Assembly (NCBI GenBank): GCA_031416315.1
Contig: JANOTL010000132.1
Span: forward strand, 1-64,000
Source of the DNA: Pseudomonadota bacterium
GTDB lineage: Bacteria; Bdellovibrionota_B; Oligoflexia; Oligoflexales; CAIYRB01
Length of the DNA stretch: 64,000 nucleotides
Direction of reading: 5' to 3'
Shown here in pieces: positions 27,630-36,903 of the stretch. The position numbers and the translations under genes are program-made. The notes under the pieces are model-generated. The model ran no database searches and was not told the DNA's origin. It saw nothing but the letters and a program-made list of their open reading frames with translations. Each line of letters opens with the position of its first letter. Position 1 is the first letter of the stretch.

Positions 27630-28889
27630 ATGAAGTTGATCGCGATCTCGGTGCTGGTTCTTGCGTTGGCCACGTCGGCTTGCTCGGATCCTGCAAGCTT
27701 TACGACCACGAGCCAGTCGGGTCCACACTCCCGGGGAAGTGGCGACGGCGACGACGGCAACGACGGCAACGACGGTGGCGACTCCTCGGAGCCGACGGTA
27801 CGCGTCATCGTGAACAAGCAGCAAGGTCCCAAGATTGGTGACACCAGCACAGACGGCGGCTCCAAGCGCCCGGACGGTACCGGCAGCAGCACGGAAAAAT
27901 CGGCGGAAGGTCCCGACGTGGCGCCAGCGGCGCCGACGTCGCCCATCGTTCTGGTCACCAACGACGTGCTGGAAGCGATGCCGAGCGAAGACGACGGCAG
28001 CACGGCACTCACCACGATCCAATTCAACGACGCCGCGACAGTCAAGGGATGTGGAACGCTCGAAGGCTCGTCGGACTGCTTGGTCATAGCCAACGGCGAA
28101 GGCACGAAGCCCGAAGAATCCGACGAGGTGAAGCGCCGGATCGTATACATCGCGGGCCTGCATTCCTCCACCTACTTCCTGATTCTCGGCAACGACTCGG
28201 ACAAGTGGGACAAATGGGGCTCCGAGTGCGCCCGCGGCAATCCGGTCTCCTGCGCGTCCATGAGCGTCCTGAAGCAAGAGCTCCCGCAGCACCAATTCGC
28301 CTATAACAAGACGTTCTTCGCAGTAGACGTGGAGCGGGCGCGAGTGATCGTGGGCAAGCGCGACAACGCGAAGATCAAGGATCTGCGCTCGGCCGGCCTC
28401 TGCGAAGGCTTCTTTCTTGGGAACTCGAAGCGCCGGACGGGCGACGCTTACAGGGCGCGCCACCACCTCGACAATTCGTTCGTCTTCGGTACCCATTGCG
28501 CGGCCGGTGACAAAGGCGCCTGCGACGCGGTGGACGACCAGCAGCAGCTCTTCAACAACTACACCGTGCGTCACCGCCAAGCCGCGCCGCTCGCGATCTG
28601 CGTGATGGCGCGCGACGAAATCCCCGCCGAAGTGGCGAGCGCCTGCCTGCCGTCGAGCACGAAGGCGACGAAGCTCGAGACCTTCCGCAGCTACCACTTC
28701 ATGAACACCTACGAGCGCAAGCGCAAGGAATTCGCGACGTGGGACGGCGCGTGCACTCGCGGCAACCAGGAAGCCTGCGCGACGAAGATCGTGGCCGAGC
28801 GCGAGCTGAAGCTCTTCAGCGCGGCATGGGCGAAGAACGAGTTCGGTCCGGAGGCCGAATTCACCTGTTATCTCGATATGGCGAAATGA
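27630..28889 (+). CDS. Cys-rich hypothetical lipoprotein
   Basis: AGGAG SD, lipobox TSA-C, Gly/Asp-rich linker, three C-x2-G[ND]-x2-[AS]C motifs. Confidence 0.75.
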   Translation: MKLIAISVLVLALATSACSDPASFTTTSQSGPHSRGSGDGDDGNDGNDGGDSSEPTVRVIVNKQQGPKIGDTSTDGGSKRPDGTGSSTEKSAEGPDVAPAAPTSPIVLVTNDVLEAMPSEDDGSTALTTIQFNDAATVKGCGTLEGSSDCLVIANGEGTKPEESDEVKRRIVYIAGLHSSTYFLILGNDSDKWDKWGSECARGNPVSCASMSVLKQELPQHQFAYNKTFFAVDVERARVIVGKRDNAKIKDLRSAGLCEGFFLGNSKRRTGDAYRARHHLDNSFVFGTHCAAGDKGACDAVDDQQQLFNNYTVRHRQAAPLAICVMARDEIPAEVASACLPSSTKATKLETFRSYHFMNTYERKRKEFATWDGACTRGNQEACATKIVAERELKLFSAAWAKNEFGPEAEFTCYLDMAK

Positions 28890-28980
28890 GCTTTCGGTAC
28901 AATCTCAATATTATTAAGCTGTTATCAGCTGTCTGGCGAGAGCGGTACAGCCGCGGCAGCAAATTTCCGAATAGGTCAGC

Positions 28981-30600
28981 ATGAATAAACTCCTCAAAAT
29001 CGCCGTCATCGTTTGGGCCTCGGCGCAAGGCGCGCGTTGCGACAGCGAGGCCGGGTTCGCCGGCCTCGGCGGAGCCAAACAAGGCGGGCAACCGAAGCCG
29101 AAGCCAGCGGCGACGGAGACCTTGGCCGGCGGCGCGCCGACGGAAGCGTCGGCTAGCGCGCCGGGGCCGCTCGAGGTACCGGGACCGGGGGCGACGCCGA
29201 CAACCGCGCACTTGCCCGGACCAGCCGCGGCTGGCGATGACGTCTTGATCGCGGGTGGTGGCGGGGCGACGGATGCAACGGATGCAACGGATGCAACGGA
29301 TGCAACGGATGCGACGGATGCGACCGTTGCCGCCGGAGACGCTGGTGAAGGCACTGACGGCACCGACGCCGCTGATCCCATGACTCCCGTGGTCGGTCCA
29401 GTCCCAGGGCCCGCCCCGGCACCGAATCCACCGTCACCGCCACCGCCGCCGCCGCTGCCACCGGCACCGCGTTTTCACCTCGTCTACGGCGAGGGATCGA
29501 ACATCCATCACCTGAGCAACTCGGGAAGCAACGGAGCCTGGCAGCGTGTCACAGTGTATGCCGGAGCAGCTTACAGCACTCTGAGCCTGGCGCTCGACGC
29601 CAACGACGACCCGATCGTCTCGTACGGCAACGCGGCCGGCGGCGATGGGGTGCGCTACGATCGCGCCACGAACGGAACGTGGGCGGCCGCGCACTCCTCG
29701 GTCTTCGTGTCGGGACTCAGTACGCACTACAATCACCTGGCGGTCGATTCGGCCGGAATCGCGCATGTCGGCGTCTCTGGCGACGGTTATTCGCTCGGCT
29801 CACACTACGGAACCGCCGCCGGTTGGACCACCGAAGCGGCCGCGAGTCCCGGCACGTGGACTATTCCGCACCAAGCGATCACCGTCGCCATGGACGACGC
29901 CGACCGGCCGCACCTTGTTGCGAGCCGCTCCCTGATGGGAGGCGCAACCGTCGCAGTCTATGTCACACGCGATCCTTCTGACACGACGGCACCCTTCACT
30001 TGGCTCGCGCCGGTGACGCGCGGCGCCGCTTGCGCGACGGCGACGCAGACGGATCTCGCCGTACGAACGGCGTATCCGCCGGAGGTCGCGACACGCGCCG
30101 ACCATGCGCACATGGTCTTTGTATGCAACGCGGCGGGCACCGCATCCGTAATCTACGCGACGAATGCTTCCGGAGCGTGGGTCGATCAGACGATCGCGAC
30201 GACGAGTCTCTCGTCCCGTCCAAGCATCGCCGTCGGCGCCGACGGTCGCGTCCACGTCGCCGCTCTCGCGAGCGACGGCAAGCAGCTAAACTACTACACG
30301 CGCACATCGGGCGCGGCTGGAACATGGTCCGCGGCAAAGTTGATCGAGGACGGCGGGACAGTATCCACGCCTTCAGCGCCGCAAATCGCGATCGCAGTAG
30401 ACGGCAAGGTGCACGTGTTCCATCTGCTGATTCCCGTCGACGGCACAACGGCCGGGGCGATCCGCCACGCAGCCGACGTCGCGGCGGCCGGGGCGATCGC
30501 GCCCGTGTCGATCCGGGACGTCGCCAACGGGACGCGCCTCGGGCAGAAGGTCGGGATTTCCGGAGCCGAGGGTGTGAGCAATCACGTCTTAGTACCGTAA
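28981..30600 (+). CDS. secreted beta-propeller-like protein with low-complexity stalk
   Basis: Signal-like N-terminus, ATD repeats and poly-Pro, then repeated [SL]A[VL]D..G..H[VI]...Y.....G.W blades. Confidence 0.75.
   Translation: MNKLLKIAVIVWASAQGARCDSEAGFAGLGGAKQGGQPKPKPAATETLAGGAPTEASASAPGPLEVPGPGATPTTAHLPGPAAAGDDVLIAGGGGATDATDATDATDATDATDATVAAGDAGEGTDGTDAADPMTPVVGPVPGPAPAPNPPSPPPPPPLPPAPRFHLVYGEGSNIHHLSNSGSNGAWQRVTVYAGAAYSTLSLALDANDDPIVSYGNAAGGDGVRYDRATNGTWAAAHSSVFVSGLSTHYNHLAVDSAGIAHVGVSGDGYSLGSHYGTAAGWTTEAAASPGTWTIPHQAITVAMDDADRPHLVASRSLMGGATVAVYVTRDPSDTTAPFTWLAPVTRGAACATATQTDLAVRTAYPPEVATRADHAHMVFVCNAAGTASVIYATNASGAWVDQTIATTSLSSRPSIAVGADGRVHVAALASDGKQLNYYTRTSGAAGTWSAAKLIEDGGTVSTPSAPQIAIAVDGKVHVFHLLIPVDGTTAGAIRHAADVAAAGAIAPVSIRDVANGTRLGQKVGISGAEGVSNHVLVP
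29266..29324 (+). repeat. 9-bp coding tandem repeat (GCRACGGAT) x6.5
   Basis: Read directly from the sequence. Encodes (ATD)n. Confidence 0.9.
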
Positions 30601-30601
30601 G

Positions 30602-31165
30602 CTACTGCTTGACGTAAGCCTCAGCCTCGGACGAAAGCACGCCCGTCGTCTGGCTCGTAAACTGCAACTTGGTGCCGGTGATCTTGTAGTAGCTGCCCTT
30701 GGTCTGACCGACGAAGGTCGTGATCGAAGCGAAAAGGGCGCAGCCGACGACGGTTTTCTCGACGCCGACGGCCCAGTCGGTCGCGCCGCAGGTCGCGGTC
30801 GTGTTGGAGGCGGCGGCGAACTCGGCGGTGCTCGGAGCGGCGGTGACGTCGGTGACGGCCCAGTTGAGCGGATAAGCGCCGTTCGCATCGGGCTTATTCT
30901 TCACGCGCTCGTAGCTTCCCTTCATGCGGAGCGTAAGCGTCTCGGTACCGGCCGTGCACCCTTCGGCGCTGTACGACTGCGTGACGTTGACGAGCGAGCT
31001 GCCAGCGTAGACGTAGGAGTTGACCGACTTCATGGATCCGCCGCCGCAGGATTGCACCCACGTGCCCGTGGGATCCGGGCCGAGCACGATCTCGTCCTCT
31101 TCCTCTTTGCCGCAGCTCCAAGTCAGCAAGGCGACGACGACGAAAGAGAGGGATAGGCTTCGCAT
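30602..31165 (-). CDS. hypothetical lipoprotein
   Basis: Lipobox TWS-C, beta-rich with Cys pairs, GGAG SD. Confidence 0.75.
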   Translation of the reverse strand: MRSLSLSFVVVALLTWSCGKEEEDEIVLGPDPTGTWVQSCGGGSMKSVNSYVYAGSSLVNVTQSYSAEGCTAGTETLTLRMKGSYERVKNKPDANGAYPLNWAVTDVTAAPSTAEFAAASNTTATCGATDWAVGVEKTVVGCALFASITTFVGQTKGSYYKITGTKLQFTSQTTGVLSSEAEAYVKQ

Positions 31166-31195
31166 GGGCGCTCCGCGAGATATGATGGTTTGGGC

Positions 31196-34100
31196 TCATT
31201 CGAGGGACTTGAGCTTACCATAGGCCACCAAGCTTTCGAGGGCGAGACCTTGGATCGAGCCGATCGCCTGCAGCACGCCGAGGTTGGCGCGCAGGAGCTG
31301 CTCGTCGGCGGTACGCACCTTGTCCATCGCAATCGTGCCGGCGCCCCAAGCCGCTTGTAGCGCGGTTTGCGACGCAAGGGCGGCTTCGCGAAGGCTCAAG
31401 GCGGCACCGAGCTCCTCCGTCATGCGGGCCAGGCGGGGGATGAGTCCTTGGCGCGTTTCGGCGAAGCGGTCCTCGAGCTCACGGCGCTGTGCCGCCAGCT
31501 CCAAACGGCCGCGCTCGACGTCGCCGACCGCTCGGCGGCGCGTGCCGCCGTCGAGAAGATTCCAGTTAAGCTCCACGGCGACGACGTGCTGCGGCTTGGT
31601 ATTGAGATTGCCCTCGAACCAAGTTTGCTGGCGGGCGAGGCCCAGGCCGAGGGTTGGGTAGAACGCCGCGTCCTGAGCGTCGCGAGCGGCGCGTTGCGAT
31701 TCCTCGGCGGCGGTCAAAGCGGTGATCGCCGCGACCTTGGCCTCCGTCTTCGCATCGGCGAAGGCGAAGCGCGGAAGGCCGGGCGGCAGCTGAGGCGGGC
31801 GGCCGGTGCGGATTTGCAGCAAGATCGCGAGCCGCTCTTCCTCGGCGGCGGCGCGCGCCGCATCGAGGCGGGCTTGCTCGCGCGCCGCTTCGGCTTGCAC
31901 GAGGTCCAAGCGGCTGGAGTTGCCGACGCTGACGCGGTCTTCGACGGATTTGGCGCGACGCTCGGCGATGCTCAGGGCGTTCTTGATGATGGCGTTCATC
32001 TCTCGGGCGATGGCGAATTGTAACAAAGTCTGCGCATTGCCGACGCGGCGCCCATCGCGGAGCGACTCAATCTGCGGCTCTTGCTGGGCGTCGAGCGCGT
32101 TCGCGAGCGAAAGGCCGTACAGAGCTTGCGCGTTAAAGAGGGGAACCTTCATGCCGACGCTGAACTGATCCTGCTGGCGCGGGAGCACGGGAATCGCGGT
32201 CGTGACGGGGCCGCCGAGCTGCGGCGGCAGCGGGATCGTCATCTCCTGCTCGAAGCCGGGCCGCGCCCACTGGCGGCTGGCCGAGACGTTCAGGCCGCCC
32301 AAAAAGGCGAGGCGCGAAGCGTCGCGCGCGGTCTCCGTGGCGACGTCGACGGCACGGGAGCGCAGGGATTCGGCGCTGCCTTCGGGCGTGGCCGCGACGA
32401 TCTGGGCCTGCGCGGGTGGCGGCAGCGTGCCGAAGAGGGCGTAAGCGCGGTCGATGGGCGAACCGGCAGCCGGCGCCTCGGCCCGCGCCCGCGGGGCTTC
32501 GAGCGTCGCGACGAGCGCCAGGGGCAGGAGCAAGCTCGCCGCGCGCGCGGCGGTGGCGAGACGCGCCGGTTTCCGCGTTCGGCCGCGCCATTTGCCGATC
32601 AGGCCGAAGATCGCCGGCACGACGATCAAGGACAAAAGCGTCGAGGAAACGACGCCGCCGATGATGGCGATCGCCATCGGGCTGCGGAACTCGGAGCCGG
32701 ATCCTTGCATGACGGCGGTCGGCACCATGCCGGCGACCATCGCGGCGGAGGTCATGAGGATCGGGCGCGAGCGCTCCTTGACGCTGTCCATCACGGCCTG
32801 CGCGAGCGGCTGGTCCTTCTCCTTCTTGCCGATGGCGTCGACGAGCAGAATGCCGTTCTTCGCGGCGAGCCCCATCAAGAAGAGGATGCCGATGATCGAG
32901 CCAAGCGCCAGCTGGTGTCCCGCCATTGCGAGCGCGAAAAAGGCGCCAACGGAGGCGAGGGGCAGGGACAGGATGATGACGAACGGACGCAGCAAGTTCT
33001 CGAACTGCGCCGCGAGGATCACGAAGATGAAGAAGACGGCGGCGGCGATCGCGATGGTGAAGTTGACGATCATCTCTTCGAAGTTCTCGGCGTCGCCGGC
33101 GATTTCGGCCGTCATCGGCGCCGGGATCTTAGCGACGACGTCTTTTTTCACGTCGTTCAGCACTTGGTCAAGGGGGGCCGTCCGATCGAGAGTGGCCCAC
33201 AAGATGACGGCACGACTGCGCTGCTGCCGGTCGATCGCGGTCGAGCGCGTCGAGGCCTGCGCGTCCGCGAAGCGATAAAGCGGGGTCGCGCCGCGCATTC
33301 CCGGCACGAGCAAAGTCGAGGCGAGGCGGCCGAACTCGCGATCGCTCTCCTGCACCCGCACATAGAACGGCAGGTTGTCGGCACCGACCGTGCCCGCCTC
33401 GAGGCCGGTGATGGCGAGGCGGCCGGTGAGCTCGACCGCGTCCGCGCCGGCGCCGGCGTACGCGATCTCGTTGCGGTTCAAAAGGACGTCGAACGCGGGC
33501 CCGGCGGTTGTCGTGTCGATGCGGGCGTCGGCTATGCCCTTGATCTTCTTCAAGCTAGCGTGCGCGGCGGATGCGGCCTGATCGAGCGTACCGAGGTCGG
33601 TGCCGAAGATCGTGAGCATTACAGGCGCCTGCATGCCGACGCCCTCGAACGGCGGCGGATCGAGGATGAGCCAGTCGGCGTCGATGCCTTCGAGCTTTTT
33701 CCGCGCCGAGTTGATGAGCGAGAGCAGGCCTTCCTTGCGCTCGGTCTTCGAGATGAAGAGGACACGGAATTCCGCGGTGCCGGCGGCGGTGGCGCCGCCT
33801 TCGCTGACGAACACGTCGGTCAAGCCAGGGAGGTCGGCTAAGCGATCGGCGGCGCCCTTCACCACGGCCTGAAAGGTCGCGCGAGTCATGCCGGGGCGGG
33901 ATTTCAAGGACAAGACGAACTGGCCGCGGTCCTCGAAGGCAAGGAAGTCGGTCCCGCGCGCCGCGGTCAGGGCGAGGCCCGAGATCAGGACGCCGATCGT
34001 GAGCAGCGCGATGACGAAGGGACGTGCGTACGCGACCCCGGCGAGCCGGCCGAAAAAAGCGTCCGAGCGGTGCATCGTGGCGCGCCAACGGTCCCAAAGC

Positions 34101-35584
34101 TTGCCCTTCAGCATCGAGGGCTCGCCGGCGAAACGCGAGGACAGCATCGGATCGAGGGTGAAAGCGACCCACATAGACAGCAGCGTGGCGATGACGATGG
34201 TAAGGCCGAATTCGCGGAAAAACTGGCCCACGAGGCCGTCCATCATCGCGACGGGGACGAAGACGGCGACGACGGCGAGCGTCGTGGCGAGGACGGCGGA
34301 GGCGACTTTGTCGGTGCCGCGGATCGCGGCTTCGGCGCCGCGATACCCTTGCTCCATCTCCGCGTAGATCGACTCGCGGACGACGACGGCGTCGTCGATC
34401 AGGAGACCGATCGCCAGCGCGAGCGCCAGAAGCGTCAGCATGTTGATCGAGAAACCCAAGAGACTCAGGAAAATGAAGGAGCCGACGACGGCGACCGGGA
34501 GCGCGGTCGCCGAGATGATGGCGCTCTTCACGTCGGTCAAGAAGAGGAAGATGATGACGACGGCGAAGATGCCGCCGGCGAAGAGCGCGATCCAGACCTC
34601 GTGCTCGTTCTCCTTGATCATGTGTGACTGGTCGACGATCGGAAAAAGGCGCACTCCGGCGGGAAGCTGCGCCTTTTCGAGGACCGCCTTCACCGCGGCG
34701 ACGGTGGAGACGGTGTTGGCTTCGGCGCGCTTGGTGACGACTAGACCCAAGCCCTGATTGCCGTTGATGCGGACCGTCTCGGCGTTGGGATCGGTGGTGC
34801 GATGGAGCTTGCCGACGTCGGAGAGGCGGACGTTGCGGCCGTCGCGAAGGGCGAGCGATTCCTCGGCCCAGTCTTCCGGCTTGTCGCTGGCGACCGTGGC
34901 GCCGACGTTGGCGGCGACGCCGCCGTTCTCGACGGTGCCCCACGGCAGAGTCGCGAGCCGCGCGCGCACGGCGTCGAAGACGTCCAAGGCGGGGACTTTT
35001 AGCGCGCTCATCGCGTCGGCATCGAGCGAGAGCTCGAGCCGCTCTTCGCCGACGCCGACGACTTTCGCCTCGTTCACGCCGTCGACGCGCTGCAGAATTT
35101 GCACCAAGCCGTCGTCGAGCAGCTTGCGCGTCGCCGCGGGCGGCAACGAAGTCTCGATGCCGTAGGTGAGCACCGGCGCGGCGCCGACGTCGATCCGGCG
35201 GACGATCGGCTCCTTCGCCTCCTTCGGAAAAGCGCCGCGCACGGCGGCGACGCGCTCGCGCACGCCTTCGGCCGCTTCGCGCTCGTCGGCGGAGAGGCGA
35301 AACTCGAGGATGACGAAGGCGTAGTCGGTCCGCGCGTTGGCCGTGACACGCTTCAAGCCCTTGAGGCCGGCGAACGAGGATTCCAGGGGCTTGACGATGC
35401 GTGCCTCGACCTGCTCGGGCGTGGCGCCGGGGTAGGGGACCATCACCGAGACGAACGGGAAGGTGACGTTCGGCCAAAGCGACACCGGCAACTTCGACAT
35501 GTAGAAGAAGCCGACGACGAAGAGCGCGACGCTGATAATGCCGGCCGTGACCGGGCGCGCGACGGAGAAACGGGCTAAGTTCAT
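31196..35584 (-). CDS. AcrB-family RND permease fused to a TolC-like outer membrane factor (1462 aa)
   Basis: RND motifs GLLIDDAVVV, GLAAKNGILLVD and RSRPILMTS. No stop before an OEP-like region (AFYPTLGL, LNWNLLDGG, G..SRLDLVQA). ATG overlaps the MFP stop. Confidence 0.88.
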   Translation of the reverse strand: MNLARFSVARPVTAGIISVALFVVGFFYMSKLPVSLWPNVTFPFVSVMVPYPGATPEQVEARIVKPLESSFAGLKGLKRVTANARTDYAFVILEFRLSADEREAAEGVRERVAAVRGAFPKEAKEPIVRRIDVGAAPVLTYGIETSLPPAATRKLLDDGLVQILQRVDGVNEAKVVGVGEERLELSLDADAMSALKVPALDVFDAVRARLATLPWGTVENGGVAANVGATVASDKPEDWAEESLALRDGRNVRLSDVGKLHRTTDPNAETVRINGNQGLGLVVTKRAEANTVSTVAAVKAVLEKAQLPAGVRLFPIVDQSHMIKENEHEVWIALFAGGIFAVVIIFLFLTDVKSAIISATALPVAVVGSFIFLSLLGFSINMLTLLALALAIGLLIDDAVVVRESIYAEMEQGYRGAEAAIRGTDKVASAVLATTLAVVAVFVPVAMMDGLVGQFFREFGLTIVIATLLSMWVAFTLDPMLSSRFAGEPSMLKGKLWDRWRATMHRSDAFFGRLAGVAYARPFVIALLTIGVLISGLALTAARGTDFLAFEDRGQFVLSLKSRPGMTRATFQAVVKGAADRLADLPGLTDVFVSEGGATAAGTAEFRVLFISKTERKEGLLSLINSARKKLEGIDADWLILDPPPFEGVGMQAPVMLTIFGTDLGTLDQAASAAHASLKKIKGIADARIDTTTAGPAFDVLLNRNEIAYAGAGADAVELTGRLAITGLEAGTVGADNLPFYVRVQESDREFGRLASTLLVPGMRGATPLYRFADAQASTRSTAIDRQQRSRAVILWATLDRTAPLDQVLNDVKKDVVAKIPAPMTAEIAGDAENFEEMIVNFTIAIAAAVFFIFVILAAQFENLLRPFVIILSLPLASVGAFFALAMAGHQLALGSIIGILFLMGLAAKNGILLVDAIGKKEKDQPLAQAVMDSVKERSRPILMTSAAMVAGMVPTAVMQGSGSEFRSPMAIAIIGGVVSSTLLSLIVVPAIFGLIGKWRGRTRKPARLATAARAASLLLPLALVATLEAPRARAEAPAAGSPIDRAYALFGTLPPPAQAQIVAATPEGSAESLRSRAVDVATETARDASRLAFLGGLNVSASRQWARPGFEQEMTIPLPPQLGGPVTTAIPVLPRQQDQFSVGMKVPLFNAQALYGLSLANALDAQQEPQIESLRDGRRVGNAQTLLQFAIAREMNAIIKNALSIAERRAKSVEDRVSVGNSSRLDLVQAEAAREQARLDAARAAAEEERLAILLQIRTGRPPQLPPGLPRFAFADAKTEAKVAAITALTAAEESQRAARDAQDAAFYPTLGLGLARQQTWFEGNLNTKPQHVVAVELNWNLLDGGTRRRAVGDVERGRLELAAQRRELEDRFAETRQGLIPRLARMTEELGAALSLREAALASQTALQAAWGAGTIAMDKVRTADEQLLRANLGVLQAIGSIQGLALESLVAYGKLKSLE

Positions 35585-36126
35585 TTGCAGTCCGCCTTCG
35601 TCGCGTCGACGTAGCCGAGGGAGGTGCCGTACTGCACGAAGAGGCCCTTCACCTGCGGAACGCCGCGCACGATGCCGGCGACTTCGGCGCGGATCTTGGT
35701 GTCGGCGATCTGGATCTTCAGGCGGTCGAGGGCGGCCTCCGCTTGCGCGCGGGCGGCGCGCGCTTGAGCGAGGCGCAGACGCGACTCCACCTTTTGCTGG
35801 TCGGAGAGCGTGTCGGAGGCCTGCAGGCGCTGGATGCGGTCGAAGCCGTCTTTGGCGAGCGCCTCGCTCGCGCGGGCGACTTCGAGCGCGGCCTCGCCTT
35901 CCTTCAGGCCAGCGACGAGCAGGCGGTCGTCGAGCGCGACGATGAGGTCGCCGACGGCGACGGCGTCGGCCGGCTTCTTGTGGATGGAGGTGACGATGCC
36001 GGCGGTTCTCGCCGTCAGATCCTGACGCGGGACGCACAGCGCGGGCGGCGCCTCGGCGGCGAGCCCCGCGGTCGTGATCGTGGTCTGGGCCAAGAGGAGG
36101 ATGAACAGGGCGATGCGCTGGCTCAT
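35581..36126 (-). CDS. short membrane fusion protein (lipoyl + alpha-hairpin only)
   Basis: Signal peptide, ARTAGIV...V.VGDLI..LD lipoyl half, coiled hairpin, IRAEVAGIV second half, then stop. Confidence 0.85.
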   Translation of the reverse strand: MSQRIALFILLLAQTTITTAGLAAEAPPALCVPRQDLTARTAGIVTSIHKKPADAVAVGDLIVALDDRLLVAGLKEGEAALEVARASEALAKDGFDRIQRLQASDTLSDQQKVESRLRLAQARAARAQAEAALDRLKIQIADTKIRAEVAGIVRGVPQVKGLFVQYGTSLGYVDATKADCK

Positions 36127-36764
36127 TTGCTGCTGCCTTTCGTGGGCGACCCGTCGGGGCGTAGCCCACGGGAGAAAATCTTGGCGAGGGTGTCGATCAT
36201 CGAGGCGTCGTCGGCTTTCTTCGCGTTGAAGAGACCGCAGGCGACGAAGGAGTCACGCGCGAGCAACCAGTAGTCTGCGCAAGAGATTGCCGCGGCCGCG
36301 ATGAGCGCGGGGTCTAAGTCTTTGCGGACGGTGCCCGCCTTTTGCGCGGCCGAGATCCGGGCGACCTCGTACTGCAGGAGCGCGTCGCCCACGGGGTTCT
36401 TCATCGCGGCGTTGTCGATGATGGCCCAGGCGAGGAGGCGCACGAATTTGGGGTTTTCCCGGGCGAAGCGGAAGTAGTTGGCGACGTCGGCGGCAAGGCT
36501 CGCCTCATCGAGGGCGAAAGAGGCGGCGGCGTTGGCCGCGCCGGCCTCGGCGCGCACCGCGGTCAGCGTGGCGAACAGGCGCTCGAAGGCGGCTTGCCAA
36601 AGCGCGTCCTTGGCGCCGAAATGGTGCACGATCAGGCCCTTACTGACGTCCGCGCGCTTCGCGATCGCGCCGATCGAGGCTCCCGCGTAGCCACGCGCGA
36701 GGAACTCGCTCTCGGCCGCGTCGAGGATCTTGCTGCGGGTGGCTTCCGGGTCGTAGCGGCTCAT
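36123..36764 (-). CDS. TetR/AcrR family regulator
   Basis: ILDAA..F..GY.GAS...IAKRADVSKG...HF..K HTH. Confidence 0.92.
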   Translation of the reverse strand: MSRYDPEATRSKILDAAESEFLARGYAGASIGAIAKRADVSKGLIVHHFGAKDALWQAAFERLFATLTAVRAEAGAANAAASFALDEASLAADVANYFRFARENPKFVRLLAWAIIDNAAMKNPVGDALLQYEVARISAAQKAGTVRKDLDPALIAAAAISCADYWLLARDSFVACGLFNAKKADDASMIDTLAKIFSRGLRPDGSPTKGSSK

Positions 36765-36779
36765 GAGGGTCGTCTCGCA

Positions 36780-36797
36780 TTCAAACGATCGTTCCAC
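36780..36797. promoter_or_regulatory. candidate TetR operator
   Basis: Palindrome AACGATCGTT (36784-36793) about 20 nt upstream of the tetR ATG. Confidence 0.5.
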
Positions 36798-36903
36798 TTA
36801 TCGTACTATCGTACGACAAACTTTACGACCGTACTATATTTTCTTCAATGTGGCTGATTGGGCGGGATTTTGCCAGGATCGGCAGATCAGCAGGAGGCCT
36901 CGC

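Noticed and set aside
27217..27696. 159-aa minus-strand ORF
   Set aside because: It overlaps rlmD and the lipoprotein and has no recognisable domain. A small fragment near 27320-27440 cannot be excluded.
29266..29324. Tandem repeats as CRISPR arrays (also 44219 and 63541)
   Set aside because: In-frame coding repeats without unique spacers, and no cas genes.
35585..36169. N-terminal extension of the 1657-aa ORF
   Set aside because: Arg-rich shadow frame over the MFP gene. The real RND start is the ATG at 35584.
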